Source: Mobula hypostoma (Eukaryota). Taken from it: a stretch of 64,000 nucleotides of DNA. Both the position numbers and the translations under genes were made by a program. The stretch spans positions 1,364,001 to 1,428,000 of the forward strand of contig NC_086109.1 in the NCBI RefSeq assembly GCF_963921235.1. Reading direction: 5' to 3'. The notes below the pieces were generated by a model, which saw only the letters and a list, made by a program, of their open reading frames with translations, searched no databases and was not told the origin of the DNA. Positions 10,590 through 23,343 of the stretch are shown here, piece by piece. Each line of letters begins with the position of its first letter. Position 1 is the stretch's first letter.

Positions 10590-13500
10590 CTTTGTGAGGG
10601 TAGAAGCAAAAAGTAGTAAGGAGAAAAGTAAAAGTGGCAGGCCGACAAATCCAGGGCAAGCATCAAAAAGGGCCACTTTTCAACATAATTGTATAAGGGC
10701 TAAGAGAGTTGTAAAAGAGCGCCTGAAGGCTTTGGGTGTCAATGCAAGGAGCATTCGTAACAAGGTGGATGAATTGAAAGTGCAGATTGTTATTAATGAT
10801 TATGATATAGTTGGGATCACAGAGACATGGCTCCAGGGTGACCAGGGATGGGAGCTCAACGTTCAGGGATATTCAATATTCAGGAGGGATAGACATGAAA
10901 GAAAAGGAGGTGGGGTGGCGTTGCTGGTTAAAGAGGAGATTAACACAATAGAAAGGAAGGACATAAGCCGGGAAGATGTGGAATCGATATGGGTAGAGCT
11001 GCATAACACTAAGAGGCAGAAAACGCTGGTGGGAGTTGTGTACAGGCCACCTAACAGTAGTAGTGAGGTCGGGGATGGTACTAAACAGGAAATTAGAAAT
11101 GTGTGCAATAAAGGAACAGCAGTTATAATGGGTGACTTCAATCTACATGTAGAATGGGTGAACCAAATTGGTAAAGGTGCTGAGGAAGAGGATTTCTTGG
11201 AATGTATGCGGGATGGTTTTTTGAACCAACATGTCGAGGAACAAACTAGAGAGCAGGCTATTCTAGACTGGGTTTTGAGCAATGAGGAAGGGTTAATTAG
11301 CAATCTTGTCGTGAGAGGCCCCTTGGGTAAGAGTGACCATAATATGGTGGAATTCTTCATTAAGGTGGGGAGTGACATAGTTAATTCAGAAACAAAGGTT
11401 CTGAACTTAAAGAAGGGTAACTTTGAAGGTATGAGACGTGAATTAGCTAAGATGGACTGGCAAATGACACTTAAAGGATTGACAGAGGATATGCAATGGC
11501 AAGCACTTAAAGATTGCATGGATGAACTACAACAATTGTTCATCCCAGTTTGGCAAAAGAATAAATCAAGGAAGGTAGTGCACCCGTGGCTGACAAGAGA
11601 AATTAGGGATGGTATCAATTCCAAAGAAGAAGCATACAAATTAGCCAGAAAAAGTGGCTCACCTGAGGACTGGGAGAAATTCAGAGTTCAGTAGAGGAGG
11701 ACAAAGGGCTTAATTAGGAAGGGGAAAAAAGATATTGAGAGAAAACTGGCAGGGAACATAAAAACGGACTGTAAAAGCTTTTATAGATATGTAAAAAGGA
11801 AAAGACTGGTAAAGACAAATGTAGGTCCCCTACAGACAGAAACAGGTGAATTGATTATGGGGAGCAAGGACATGGCAGACCAATTGAATAATTACTTTGG
11901 TTCTGTCTTCACTAAGGAGGACATAAATAATCTTCCAGAAATAGTTGGGGACAGAGGGTCCAGCGAGAGGGAGGAACTGAGCGAAATACATGTTAGTAGG
12001 GAAGTGGTGTTAGGTAAATTGAAGGGATTAAAGGCAGATAAATCCCCAGGGTCAGATGGTCTGCATCCCAGAGTGCTTAAGGAAGTAGCCCAAGAAATAG
12101 TGGATGCATTAGTGATAATTTTTCAAAACTCTTTAGATTCTGGACTAGTTCCTGAGGATTGGAGGGTGGCTAATGTCACCCCACTTTTTAAAAAAGGAGG
12201 GAGAGAGAAACCGAGGAATTATAGACCGGTTAGCCTAATGTCGGTGGTGGGGAAACTGCTGGAGTCAGTTATCAAAGATGTGATAACAGCACATTTGGAA
12301 AGCAGTGAAATCATCAGACAAAGTCAGCATGGATTTGTCAAAGGAAAATCATGTCTGATGAATCTCATAGAATTTTTTGAGGATGTAACTAGTAGAGTGG
12401 ATAGGGGAGAACCAGTGGATGTGGTATATTTGGATTTTCAAAAGGCTTTTGACAAGGTCCCACACAGGAGATTAGTGTGCAAACTTAAAGCACATGGTAT
12501 TGGGGGTAAGGTATTGATGTGGATAGAGAATTGGTTAGCAGACAGGAAGCAAAGAGTGGGAATAAACGGGACCTTTTCAGAATGGCAGGCAGTGACCAGT
12601 GGGGTACCGCAAGGCTCAGTGCTGGGACCCCAGTTGTTTACAATATATATTAATGACTTGGATGAGGGAATTAAATGCAGCATCTCCAAGTTTGCGGATG
12701 ACATGAAGCTGGGCAGCAGTGTTAGCTGTGAGGAGGATGCTAAGAGGATGCAGGGTGACTTGGATAGGTTGGGTGAGTGGCCAAATTCATGGCAGATGCA
12801 ATTTAATGTGGATAAATGTGAAGTTATCCACTTTGGTGGTAAAAACAGGAAAGCAGATTATTATCTAAATGGTGGCCGATTAGGAAAAGGGGAGGTGCAA
12901 CGAGACCTGGGTGTCGTTATACACCAGTCATCGAAAGTGGGCATGCAGGTACAGCAGGCGGTGAAAAAGGCAAATGGTATGCTGGCATTCATAGCAAGAG
13001 GATTCGAGTACAGAAGCAGGGAGGTACTACTGCAGTTGTACAAGGCCTTGGTGAGACCACACCTGGAGTATTGTCTGAAGTTTTGGTCCCCTAATCTGAG
13101 GAAAGACATTCTTGCCATAGAGGGAGTACAAAGCAGGTTCATATGAAGAAAGACTGGATGAACTAGGCTTGTGCTCGTTAGAAGAATTTAGAAGATTGAG
13201 GGGAGATCTGATTGAAACGTATAAAATCCTAAAGGGATTGGACAGGCTAGATGCAGGAAGATTGTTCCCGATGTTGGGGAAGTCCAGAACAAGGGGTCAC
13301 AGTTTGAGGATACAGGGGAAGCCTTTTAGGACCGAGATGAGGAAAAACTTCTTCACACAGAGAGTGGTGAATCTGTGGAATTCTCTGCCACAGGAAACAG
13401 TTGAGGCCGGTTCATTGGCTATATTTAAGAGGGAGTTAGATATGGCCCTTGTGGCTAGGGGGATCAGAGGGTATGGAGGGAAGGCTAGTGCAGGGTTCTG

Positions 13501-13592
13501 AGTTGGATGATCAGCCATGATCATAATAAATGGCGGTGCAGGCTCGAAGGGCCAAATGGCCTACTCCTGCACCTATTTTCTATGTTTCTATG
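10590..13592 (+). mobile_element. Young CR1 LINE, near-complete ORF2 (APE endonuclease + RT), in gene 1 intron 1
   Basis: VNARSIRNKVDEL, GITETWL, GVVYRPP, MGDFN, LGKSDH; [26 protein letters not shown]; one premature TAG at 11692, a short deletion near 13145, and a (tttctatg) tail. Confidence 0.96.
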
Positions 13593-14214
13593 TAACATTA
13601 ATCTCCTCTCCTGCCTATATCAACAACCTGTGACAGAACCCACCAGGCCCTGCAGACGTGCATAACTCGGAGTTCCTCAGTACACCCAACTCTTCCACAT
13701 GGCTGAGTGTATTAGCATTCCCCACGTTGATCTCATTGACATTCACATAGAAACCATTCAACCAGGAACATCACTGACATCAGCTGACTCTTGGCATTAA
13801 TTCCTTCTTATGCTTGTGGGCTGATTCTGCCCTCTCCCTTACCACACCCTTGTTTGGAGAGTAAGTATAAAACTACACATATAAAATGTATAAAAGGAGT
13901 GTGTGTGAAGGAGGGAGGAAGAACTTAGAGGGAGTTATTTGTAGGAATAAGTTGGGATATGGATTAAAGTGAAGCAGAAATGTTCAAATTTCAAGAGGGA
14001 TTTTGATGAGGTGCATCACAAAAGGATATATCGATAATAAAATTGCAAGTAACATTTTGGAGTGGATCAATATGAGAATGGCTAACAGGACACAGAGAAA
14101 GGAGTGTAAAGGATTCATTTTCTGGTTGGTGAGATTTAACAAGTGTGTGCAGCATCTGTGAACCATAAAAGCTTAACAACCCTGAGAACAAGTGAAAGGT
14201 GTCAGATCCATACA

Positions 14215-15005
14215 CACTGTCACAGCGTGCACCCCCAGACAATGGATCACACAAAGAGTGCAACTCCCTCTGCAAGGTCCCATTACACATCCCCACAGCA
14301 TGGGTCAGACACAGAATGAAGCTCCCTCTACACCATTCCATCACACACTCACAGGACACGGGTCAGACACACAGCGAAGATCCCTCTAAATCGTCCATCA
14401 CACACTCCCAGGACATGGGTCAGACACAGAGTGAAGCTCCCTCTACACTGTCCCATCACACACTCCCAGTACACGGGTCAGACACAGAGCGAAGCTGCCT
14501 CTACACCGTCCCATCACACACTCCCTCTACACTGTCCCATCACACATTCCCAGGGCAAGGGTCAGACACAGAGTGAAACTCCCTCTACATCGTCCATCAC
14601 ACACTCCCAGGACACGGGTCAGACACAGAATGAAGCTCCCTCTACACTGTCCCATCACACACTCCCAGGTCACGGGTCAGACACAGAGTGAAACTCCCTC
14701 TACACAGTCCCATCACACACTCCCAGGACATGGGTCAGACACAGAGTGAAACTCCCTCTACACTGTCCCATCACACACTCCCAGGACACGGGTCAGACAC
14801 AGAGTGAAACTCCCTCTACACTGTCCCATCACACACTCCCAGGTCACGGGTCAGACACAGAGTGAAACTCCCTCTGCACTGTCCCATCACACACTCCCAG
14901 GACATGGGTCAGACACAGAGTGAAGCCCCCTCTACACTGTCCCATCACACACTTCCAGGACACGGGTCAGACACAGAGTGAAACTCCCTCTACACTGTCC
15001 CATCA
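14215..15005. repeat. 58-bp minisatellite, ~13 copies, in gene 1 intron 1
   Basis: Unit CTGTCCCATCACACACTCCCAGGACACGGGTCAGACACAGAGTGAAGCTCCCTCTACA, same as the array at 43768-52350. Confidence 0.95.
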
Positions 15006-15232
15006 GACTCCCGGGGCATAGTGTGGAGCAGCTTCACTGTGTGTTTAATTTATGTGTTGGGACAGCGTAGATGCACGTACCAAATTATCCTTCTGTAATG
15101 TAGAAATGGGGGCTGGGTCTCACACTGAGGTGGTAGGTGGACAATGGATTGCATGGCCTGTTGCTATTTCTGTGATTTTCCCATCTCTATTCCCTGAGCT
15201 CACTGGCTGACTGCCTCCTCTTGTCTCCACAG

Positions 15233-15553
15233 CTGAGACTACGGCTTCCCATTGTACGGTGAACGGAGTCACTGGTCAGTGGGTTATCTTACCGTCTGAG
15301 TTCCCAGTCACACAGGACATTACTGAGGTCCAGTGGAATCAGAAATCAAACAGTATCAGAATAGTGCGGTACCTGAATGGAAAGTCCAACTTTCCTGATT
15401 CCATTTATAAGCAACGGGTAACGTTTTATTCTGGGAACTTCTCTCTGAAGATCGAGAATCTACGGATCGAGGATGCTGGTGATTATGAGGTGACTTTTAG
15501 AAGAGGGAATTCAGGAACTGAATCTGCAAAAATAATCCGGCTGGAGGTGAACG
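15233..15553 (+). CDS. CD2/SLAM-family gene 1, exon 2 (IgV domain lacking the canonical B-F disulfide)
   Basis: Acceptor ctgactgcctcctcttgtctccacag, donor G|GTGAGT, 321 nt, phase 1-1. Translation has VNGVTGQWVILP, EVQW, FSLKIENLRIEDAGDYEV and IRLEV, i.e. V-set motifs without B/F cysteines, as in CD2-family N-terminal domains. Confidence 0.92.
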
Positions 15554-16899
15554 GTGAGTGGAGGGGCCGAGGTGTCACCAGATCCTGAAACAGCCCCAAT
15601 TAGTGGGTGAGGGGAGATCCTGTATGTTCTCCCATTTACAGCCCCCCATTGACTGCCAGTGGCCAGTGCTCGGCTCAGCCTCCCAGTGTAGAGGGGCTGA
15701 GACAGTGCCAGGTTGGGGGACATGCACACTACATTCACGGAGACTGGACCAGGTCCTGTGAGGGTTAAATGAGGAATCTCAGGGCTCCAAAACAGGGGAA
15801 GATAAGCGCATAGGAGGGGAGAATGGAGAGCCTGTTTGGGGTGTTGGAGTGGGCTGCATGGCTTAGTGACAGAGGAAGAAATTATGAAGGCTGCTCCCTC
15901 AAAGAACTCATGGGACTGAAGGGACCCCATACATCTCTTCCACCGGTTCTCTAGCGTTAATGGGATGCAGTTCAAATATGGAGCTTACTAAGGGGGAATT
16001 GAGCAGAAATCATATTGGAGTTTATTGGGAGAGAGAAACAGGGTTCCAGTGACTTTCAAACAGGCCGAGAACACAGCATCTTGAAATGAGCATTGTGCTA
16101 TAATGGATTCAGCAGGTGAGGCAGCAAATATAAATGGGTCAATGTTTCATTTTGGAGGCCCTGGAGGAGAACTGTCTTGTTATGGATTTCTTCTTGGGAT
16201 TGTTGGCAGATTAACTAACAAGAAAAAGGAAGAGCTGCATTCTGTTTGGAGAAATAAAAGCTGAAGTAATCGAGAGGATACAAGTCTACCAGTGAAAGAG
16301 CTTATGGGCCAGTGCAGAAAGGAGCGAGAGTGCAGTACTGTGCTGAGAAGAGATGGGCTGGATTGCTCCTCCATGGAGCTAGTCTAGATTATGGGCTGAA
16401 TGGCCTTCACTCTGCTGTGATTTCACTGCAGAATGGGCTCTGTCATCTGTGGTCCATAATGAGGACCTGTCTATGCTGGGTCACTCTCAGGTGTATAAGA
16501 GAAAGAATGATGATTCATGGGAGTGACAAAAGACATGGAAACTGAGAGAAGTTTGTGGAGCGATTAATCCCAGAGTCTGCGTCGAATCTGTATCCTCAGA
16601 GAGTGTTGAAGTAGGAATGAGACCGAGATGTTAGTCAGAAGGGCGAGGGCTCACCCAGAGCACTCCTGCCCCACTCTAGCAGCACCGTCTACAGGTGATG
16701 ACAGGCTCAGCTCCCCTTCAGAGTGGGCACGTGTGGCCTCCAGTTTAGGCTGTTCTGGCCTTTATATCTGAACCTCACTACGTGAGTATAGTTTACAATG
16801 TTTCAGAATAATAGTATTCAAAAGATTCTTACAACGATATCTGCATTAGGTCCCACTCATCCCAGGCTCCCAGTAAGACAGTTGTCAGCACATGCTGTC

Positions 16900-18070
16900 T
16901 CTCCGGGAACACACAAGAAATACAACAGCAGTAGGAGATGGCCTGTTCCACCATTCCGGTATAGATCATGGCTAATCTGTACAAGTCACAGCTCCCCTTC
17001 TCTGCCATCTCCCTATCTCCCTCTACCGCTTAATAGGTCAAGCATTTCTCCAGATCCACTTAGAACATAGAACAGTACAGCACAGTACAGGCCCTTCAGC
17101 CCACAATGTTGTGCTGACCCTCAAACCCTGCCTGCCATATAAGCCTCCAACTTAAATTCCTCCATATACCTGTCTAGTAGTCTCTTAAACTTCACTAGTG
17201 TATCTGCCTCCACCACTGACTCAGGCAGTGCATTCCACGCACCAACCACTCTCTGAGTAAAAAACCTTCCTCTAATATCCCTCTTGAACTTCCCACCCCT
17301 TACCTTAAAGCCATGTCCTCTTGTATTGAGCAGTGCTGCCCTGGGGAAGAGGCACTGGCTACCCACACTATCTATTCCTCTTAATACCTCTATCATGTAT
17401 CCTCTCATCCTCCTTCTCTCCAAAGAGTAAAGCACTAGCTCCCTTAATCTCTGATCATAATGCATACTCTCTAAACCAGGCAGCATCCTGGTAAATCTCC
17501 TCTGTACCCTTTCCAATGCTTCCACATCCTTCCTATAGTGAGGCAACCAGAACTGGACACAGTACTCCAAGTGCCTAACCAGAGTTTTATAGAGCTGCAT
17601 CATTACATTGTGACTCCTAAACCCTATCCCTCGACTTATGAAAGCTAACACCCCATAAGCTTTCTTAATTACCCTATCCACCTGCTCCCTTCCTGTTCCT
17701 GAATTCCACTCATATTGACTCAAAAGAGGATCCTGCTACATTACCCACCCTTTCTGTAGCTGTAATAGTATCCCTGACCAGTAATGCTACCCCTCCTCCC
17801 CTTTTTCCACCCTCTCTATCCCTTTTAAAGCACTGAAATCCAGGAATATTGAGAATCCATTCCTGCCCTGGTGCCATCCAAGTCTCTGTAATGGCCACTA
17901 CATCATAATTCCATGTATGTATCCAAGCTCTCAGTTCATCACCTTTGTTCCTGATGCTTCTTGCATTGAGGTACACACATTTCAGCCCTTCTACCTTACT
18001 GTCTTTGCACCGTTTATTCTGCTTCTCTTTCCTCAAAGCCTCTCTGTATGTTAGATCTGGCTTCCACCAC
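16900..18070 (-). mobile_element. CR1 fragments (3' RT end with tails, joined to an endonuclease fragment)
   Basis: ORF 17121-17723 LYKTLVRHLEYCVQFW...FFTQRVVGAWNALP; ORF 17710-18036 YLNARSIRNKGDEL...AITETW. Confidence 0.9.
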
Positions 18071-18181
18071 CCACTGTCTCCAGGAATACCAGATATACAC
18101 TACCTAATGCTAGAATAAATTCCAACATACTGCAATGTTAAATGACCAGCCCCTTAGCTTACAGTTATGTCCCATTGTTCT

Positions 18182-18605
18182 AGCCCTTACATACTATTCA
18201 TATTCTATACCTTCACAGTATGGTCCGGGTCAGTTTTGACCCGGCCCAAGAATCCCCTCATAACAAGTGTCTATACCAAATTTTTGAACCACAGATCTAT
18301 TTAGAATGTATAAGTAGCCTATCTGACATTAATAAATGGGTGATTAATCCTTAATTAATGTTTCAGAAATCTAAAATCCATTTCAATAGATATGGGTCAA
18401 ATTTGACCCGGAACAACCTCAATGTACAAAAATTTGTAGCACCTGTACAAAAGTATAAAATTTTAAAATATTTTCATATTTGCGCATTTTGGGTCACTTT
18501 AGGAATAGTCATCAAATTTCAGCTAAAAAAATGGCACTTAGGATGTCTTTATTGCTGTCAAATGTCAAAACGGGTCAAATTTGACCCAAACATTATGTAT
18601 GGGCT
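18182..18605. mobile_element. piggyBac-like MITE (~420 bp) with imperfect TIRs
   Basis: Left end AGCCCTTACATA versus right end reverse complement AGCCCATACATA; three internal palindromes GGGTCA-N4-TGACCC at ~18227, 18394 and 18572; TTAA target sites are not preserved. Confidence 0.5.
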
Positions 18606-19399
18606 GGAGTCTGTCACTGGTGTAAACAGCACATTAACTCTGTTACAGCCCATTGGAGACATATCAATGAATACACCATCCCTTCTCCTCCTGAACACCC
18701 TGGAATTCAGAAACAAACTACGTAACCACTTTTGGTAGGATGAACCTCTGCAGGAATTACCCAAGTGAATCTCCAGTGGTCCACTGTCACTCTGAGACAA
18801 GTGTGATCTCACCAACACAGAGTACAATTGCAATAAAATTCCTCATTTTTAAACTCCAGTCCATTCACATTCGCCAAAATACAGTTTTCTTTCCTAACTG
18901 TTTGGTGGACCTGTCTGCTGGCACTTTTTAAGGACTCCTGCACTTGAATCACTCAATTGGTCTGCAATTCACTCACTTGCAGTCTCGCTCCATTCAAAGA
19001 TAACCTGCCTTTTCATTCCTCTAACTGGTGCACAGCCTCTCCATTCCCCGTATTATACTCAACTTTGCACTTTGCTCATCTTCTCTGCTCACCTTTCTTT
19101 CTCAATGCCCAAACTCAAAGCCCATGTGAGGTACACACATCATGGTACAGGACATTTTTACTTTTACAAGGCACTCCACAGCAGACGTAATTTGAACATG
19201 GGCCACAATAGCAGTCCAAGTCCAAATGTGTGTAGAGCCCTGAAAAGATATTGATGATCCGTCCTTGCAAAAGCCTTCCCTGCACAACAGATGGAAAATG
19301 AACTGAGAAATTAGACCTCTGGGGTTATGACTCTCCAGTGCCATAAGGTGGTCATCAGCTGTTTAAAAGACTGTAAGACATATGAATACACAGGGTATG

Positions 19400-22310
19400 G
19401 AAGAAAATAGATCTTGTATCAGGTAGGAACAACCTACCAGGGGGAAGCAACAGCAGCCGTGCCTCTGGCACTGAGTCTGGCCCTGTGCCTCAGAAGGGTA
19501 GGGAGCTCAGCAGGATGGCAGCAGTCATGGGGGACTCTATTGTTAGGGGGACAGATAGGCAGTTGGTGGACTCAAAAAAGAATCACAGATGGTAGTTTGC
19601 CTCCCAGGTGCCAGGGTCCACGATGTTTCTGAATGCGTCCGGCATATCCTGAATAGCCGGAGGTAGTGGTACATATTGGTACCAACAACATAGGTAGAAA
19701 AAGGGAGGAAGTCCTGAGGGAGTTAGGAAGGAAGCTAGGAAGCAGGAACTCAAGAGTAGTAATCTCGGGATTGCTGCCTGTGCCACGCGACAGTGAGGAT
19801 AGGAATAGAATGAGACGACAGATAAATGCATGGTTGAAGAATTGGAGCAGTGGGCAGGGATTCAGATTTCTGGATCATTGGAACTTCTTCTGGAGCCGGT
19901 GTGACCTGTACAAAAGGAACGGGTTACACTTGAAACAGAGGGGGACAAATATTCTTGTGGGCAGGTTTACTAGGAGCTGTTGAGGCATGAGAGAGGAGCT
20001 TGCCCAGGCTGACTGGAGGAGGGTACTAGGGGGATGGCGGCAGAGAAGAGCTGGCTGAAGTTTCTGGGAATAGTTCACAAGGCGCAGGACAGATATGTCC
20101 CACAGTAGAAGCAGCTCTGAAATGGCAGGGGTAGGCTGACAAGGGAACTTAAGGACTGCATAAAAGCCGAGGAAAGGGCACTTAAGTTTGAAAAAGTGAG
20201 TGGGAAGTTCGGTGATCACTTTTAAAATCTAACAAAAGGCACCTAAAAAAGCAATAAGAGGGGAAAAGATGAAATCTGAGGACAAACAAGCCAATAATAT
20301 AAAGCAGGAACTAAAAACTTTTACGGTTATATAAAGAATAAAAGGGACTTGAGAGTTGATATTGGGTCAGTGAGTATCAGAGAGCAGGTGTGAGAGCCAT
20401 TGCTATTACAAAGGAAGAAGTGCAGGGCAAGCTCAAGGGTCTTAAAGTGGATAAGCCACCTGGAACAGTTGGACTACATCCCGGAGTCCTGAGAGATGTT
20501 GCTAAAGAGATAAGGGATAGAAACATAGAAACATCGAAAACATACAGCACAATACAGGCCCTTCGGCCCACAAAGCTGTGCTGAACATGTCCCTACCTTA
20601 GAACTACTTAGGCTTTACCCATAGCCCTCTATTTTTCTAAGCTCCATGTACCTATCCAGGGGCCTCTTAAAAGACCCTATCGTATCCACTCCACCACCGT
20701 CACCTGCAGCTCATTCCACACACTCACCACTCTCTGCATAAAAACTTACCCCTGACATCTCCTCTGTACCTACTTCCAGACACTAAAACTTTGCCCTCTC
20801 GTGTTAGCCATTTCAGCCCTGGGTAAGATCCTCTGACTATCCACACGATCAATACCTCTCATTATCTTGAACACCTCTATCAGGTCACCGCTCATCTTCC
20901 GTTGCTCCAAGGAGAAAAGGCCGAGTTCACTCAAACTATTCTCATAAGGCATGCTCCCCAATCCAGGCAACACCCTTGTAAATATCCTCTGCACCCTTTC
21001 TATGGTTTCCACATCTTTCCTGTAGTGAGACTAATGATAAAATATGTCAAAGTCGGCATGGTTTCTATAAGGGAAACCTTGCCTGACAAATCTATTAGAG
21101 TTCTCCAGGGAAATAACAGGCAGGGTGGACAAAGGAGAGGCAGTGGATGTCACTAACTTGGATTTTCAGAAGGTATTTGATAAGGTGCCACACATGAGGC
21201 TGCTTAACAAGATAAAATCCCATGGCCTTACAGGAAAGATACTGGCATGGGTAGAGGAATGGCTGACAGGCAGGAGGCTATAAAGGGGTCTTTTCTGGCT
21301 GGCTGCCTGTGACTAGTGGTGTTCCTCAGGGGTCAGTATTAGGACCGCTACTTTTCACATTGTTTGTCAATGATTTAGATAATGGAATTAATAGCTTTGT
21401 GGTAAAGTTTGTGGATGATACGAAGATAGGTGGAGGGGTAGGCAGTGTTGAGGAGGCAATGAGATTGCAGCAGGACTTAGACAAATTGGAAGAATGGGCA
21501 ATAAAGTGGAAGATGGAATACAGTGTTGGGAAATGTATGATAATGCATTTTGGTAACAGGAACAATAGTGCAGCTTTTATTTAAATGGGGAGAAAATTCA
21601 AACATCAGAGGTGAAAAGTGAATAAGGAGTCCTCGTGTAAGACTCCCAGAAGGTTAATTTACAGGTTGAGTCTGTGGTAAAGAAGGCAAATGCAATGTTG
21701 GCATTTATTTCAAGGGGAATAGAATATAAAAGCGAGGAGATAATGCTGAGCCTTTGTAAGACACTAGTCAAACCGCACTTGGAATATTGTCGACAGTTTT
21801 GTGCTTCATATCTCAGGAAGGATGTATTGTCATTGGAGAGAGTCCAGAGGAGGTTCACGAGGATAATTCCAGGAAGGACGGGGCTAATATATAAGGAGAG
21901 TTTGGCAGCTTTGGGTCTGTACTCTCTGGAATTTAGAAGAATATGTGAGGATCTAATTGAAACCTACCGAATGTTGAAAGCACTAGATACGGTGGATGTG
22001 AAGAGGATGTTTCCTAAGGTGAGGGTGTCCAGAACTAGAGTCCGCAGCCTTAAATTGAGGGGTGACCCTTATAACAGAGTTAAGGAGGAATTTTTTAGCC
22101 ATAGGGTAGTAAATCTGTGGAACGACTGCAGCCAAATCCATGGGTATATTTAATGCGGAAGTCGATAGTTTCCTGATTGGTCAGGGTATCAAAGGATATG
22201 GCAATGAGGCAGGAGTCTGGGGTTGAGTGTGATCCAGGATCAGCCACGATGGAATGGCGAAGCAGACTCGATGGGCTGAATGGCCTAATTTGGCTCCTAT
22301 GTCTTATGGT
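19400..22310 (+). mobile_element. Decayed CR1 LINE (ORF1 esterase + ORF2 RT) with a nested minus-strand CR1 3' end at ~20518-21030
   Basis: ORF1 SGNH-esterase motifs GDSIVRG, CLPGARV, VHIGTNNIG, GLHL; [21 protein letters not shown]; the insert begins with the inverted tail gatagaaacatagaaac. Confidence 0.88.
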
Positions 22311-22374
22311 CCTCTGGAGAACGGATTTAAGTTAATTCAGAGATACTGGAGATTATGGAGGTATTGGAAATTTT

Positions 22375-22790
22375 GAGCAACAGATACAAACTGCTGCAGG
22401 AATTCAGCAGGTCAGGCAGGGGAATAAACACTCGACATTTTAGGCAAAGACTCTTAATGAGGACTGGAAATGAAGGAGTCAGAGGTCCGATAAAAAGATC
22501 GGGAGAGGGAAAGGAGTACAAGCTGGCTGGTGATTGGTGAGACTAGGTGAGAGGGACAATAGGTTGGTAAGGAACATGGGGGTTAGGGGAATGATCTAAG
22601 GAGGTGTGGTGTGAGAGTTGTAAGACGGACAGGGGTGAAGAATAAATGGAACGGGTAAGAGCTGATGGGAAGGACCAGATGGAATATGACACGTTGCTTC
22701 TCCAACAAGGGTTTTACCTCATTGTGCCAGTGGACACCATGGAATATCTTGTCGGTGTGGGAACTGGAAGTCTGCGATGGGTTAATTAAT
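22375..22790 (-). mobile_element. Old Penelope-like element 3' remnant
   Basis: LLEKQRVIFHL resembles the GIY-YIG end LEEQHLIFHL; the terminal repeat resembles that at 31161-31257. Confidence 0.55.
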
Positions 22791-23143
22791 TCAGCATTGT
22801 GTTTGGTGCACATATTGTGATCTGAAGGGTTTGGTACTGTGCTGTACTGTTCCATGTGTGGTGTAGACAAAGATTTACACAGGTCTCACCTAAGTCCTGT
22901 CTCTCCTGTGCAGCAGAGTTGTACTGGATGGAGCAGAGTCTGTAAGGGGTGACCAGAGGGGTCTAAGTGGTATTGGAAGGAAAGCGATGTCGGAGAGTGA
23001 TAGAAGGTGTGATTTGAGGGGACTGACGCACTGAGTTGGTGTGATAGGGAGATTACTCCAGCCTGAGGTGGGATGGATACGTTAATTCCATTTCTCGGGG
23101 AGCGTGAGGACGGTATTAATCACGGAATCTTCTCTCGTTCCAG

Positions 23144-23343
23144 ATACAGTACCTGATAAAATAACAACACCATGCACAGCAGCACACAGTACAACGAAAA
23201 CAGATGGGAAAATAAATAATATGTCAGGAGACGGTTCAAAGGAAAAAATGCGGAATACAGCAATCCCATTGGTACCTCAGAAAATGAGTCTACTGTTCGG
23301 ACTGGCAGTGATGGTAACCCTCCTGATTTCCCTCTCGCTGTGA
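23144..23343 (+). CDS. Candidate terminal exon of gene 1: Ser/Thr-rich stalk + C-terminal GPI-anchor signal
   Basis: Acceptor tattaat...tcttctctcgttccag, phase 1 matching exon 2; 66 open codons DTVPDKITTPCTAAHSTTKT...MRNTAIPLVPQKMSLLFGLAVMVTLLISLSL then TGA, i.e. a hydrophobic tail ending directly at the stop. Confidence 0.72.

Noticed and set aside
18225-18587. Estrogen-response-element-like palindromes
   Set aside because: The spacer is 4 nt, not 3, and the motifs are better explained as MITE subterminal repeats.
22914-22941. Possible micro-exon before the GPI exon (cag|...|GTAAGG)
   Set aside because: 28 or 25 nt, not frame-preserving; no support.
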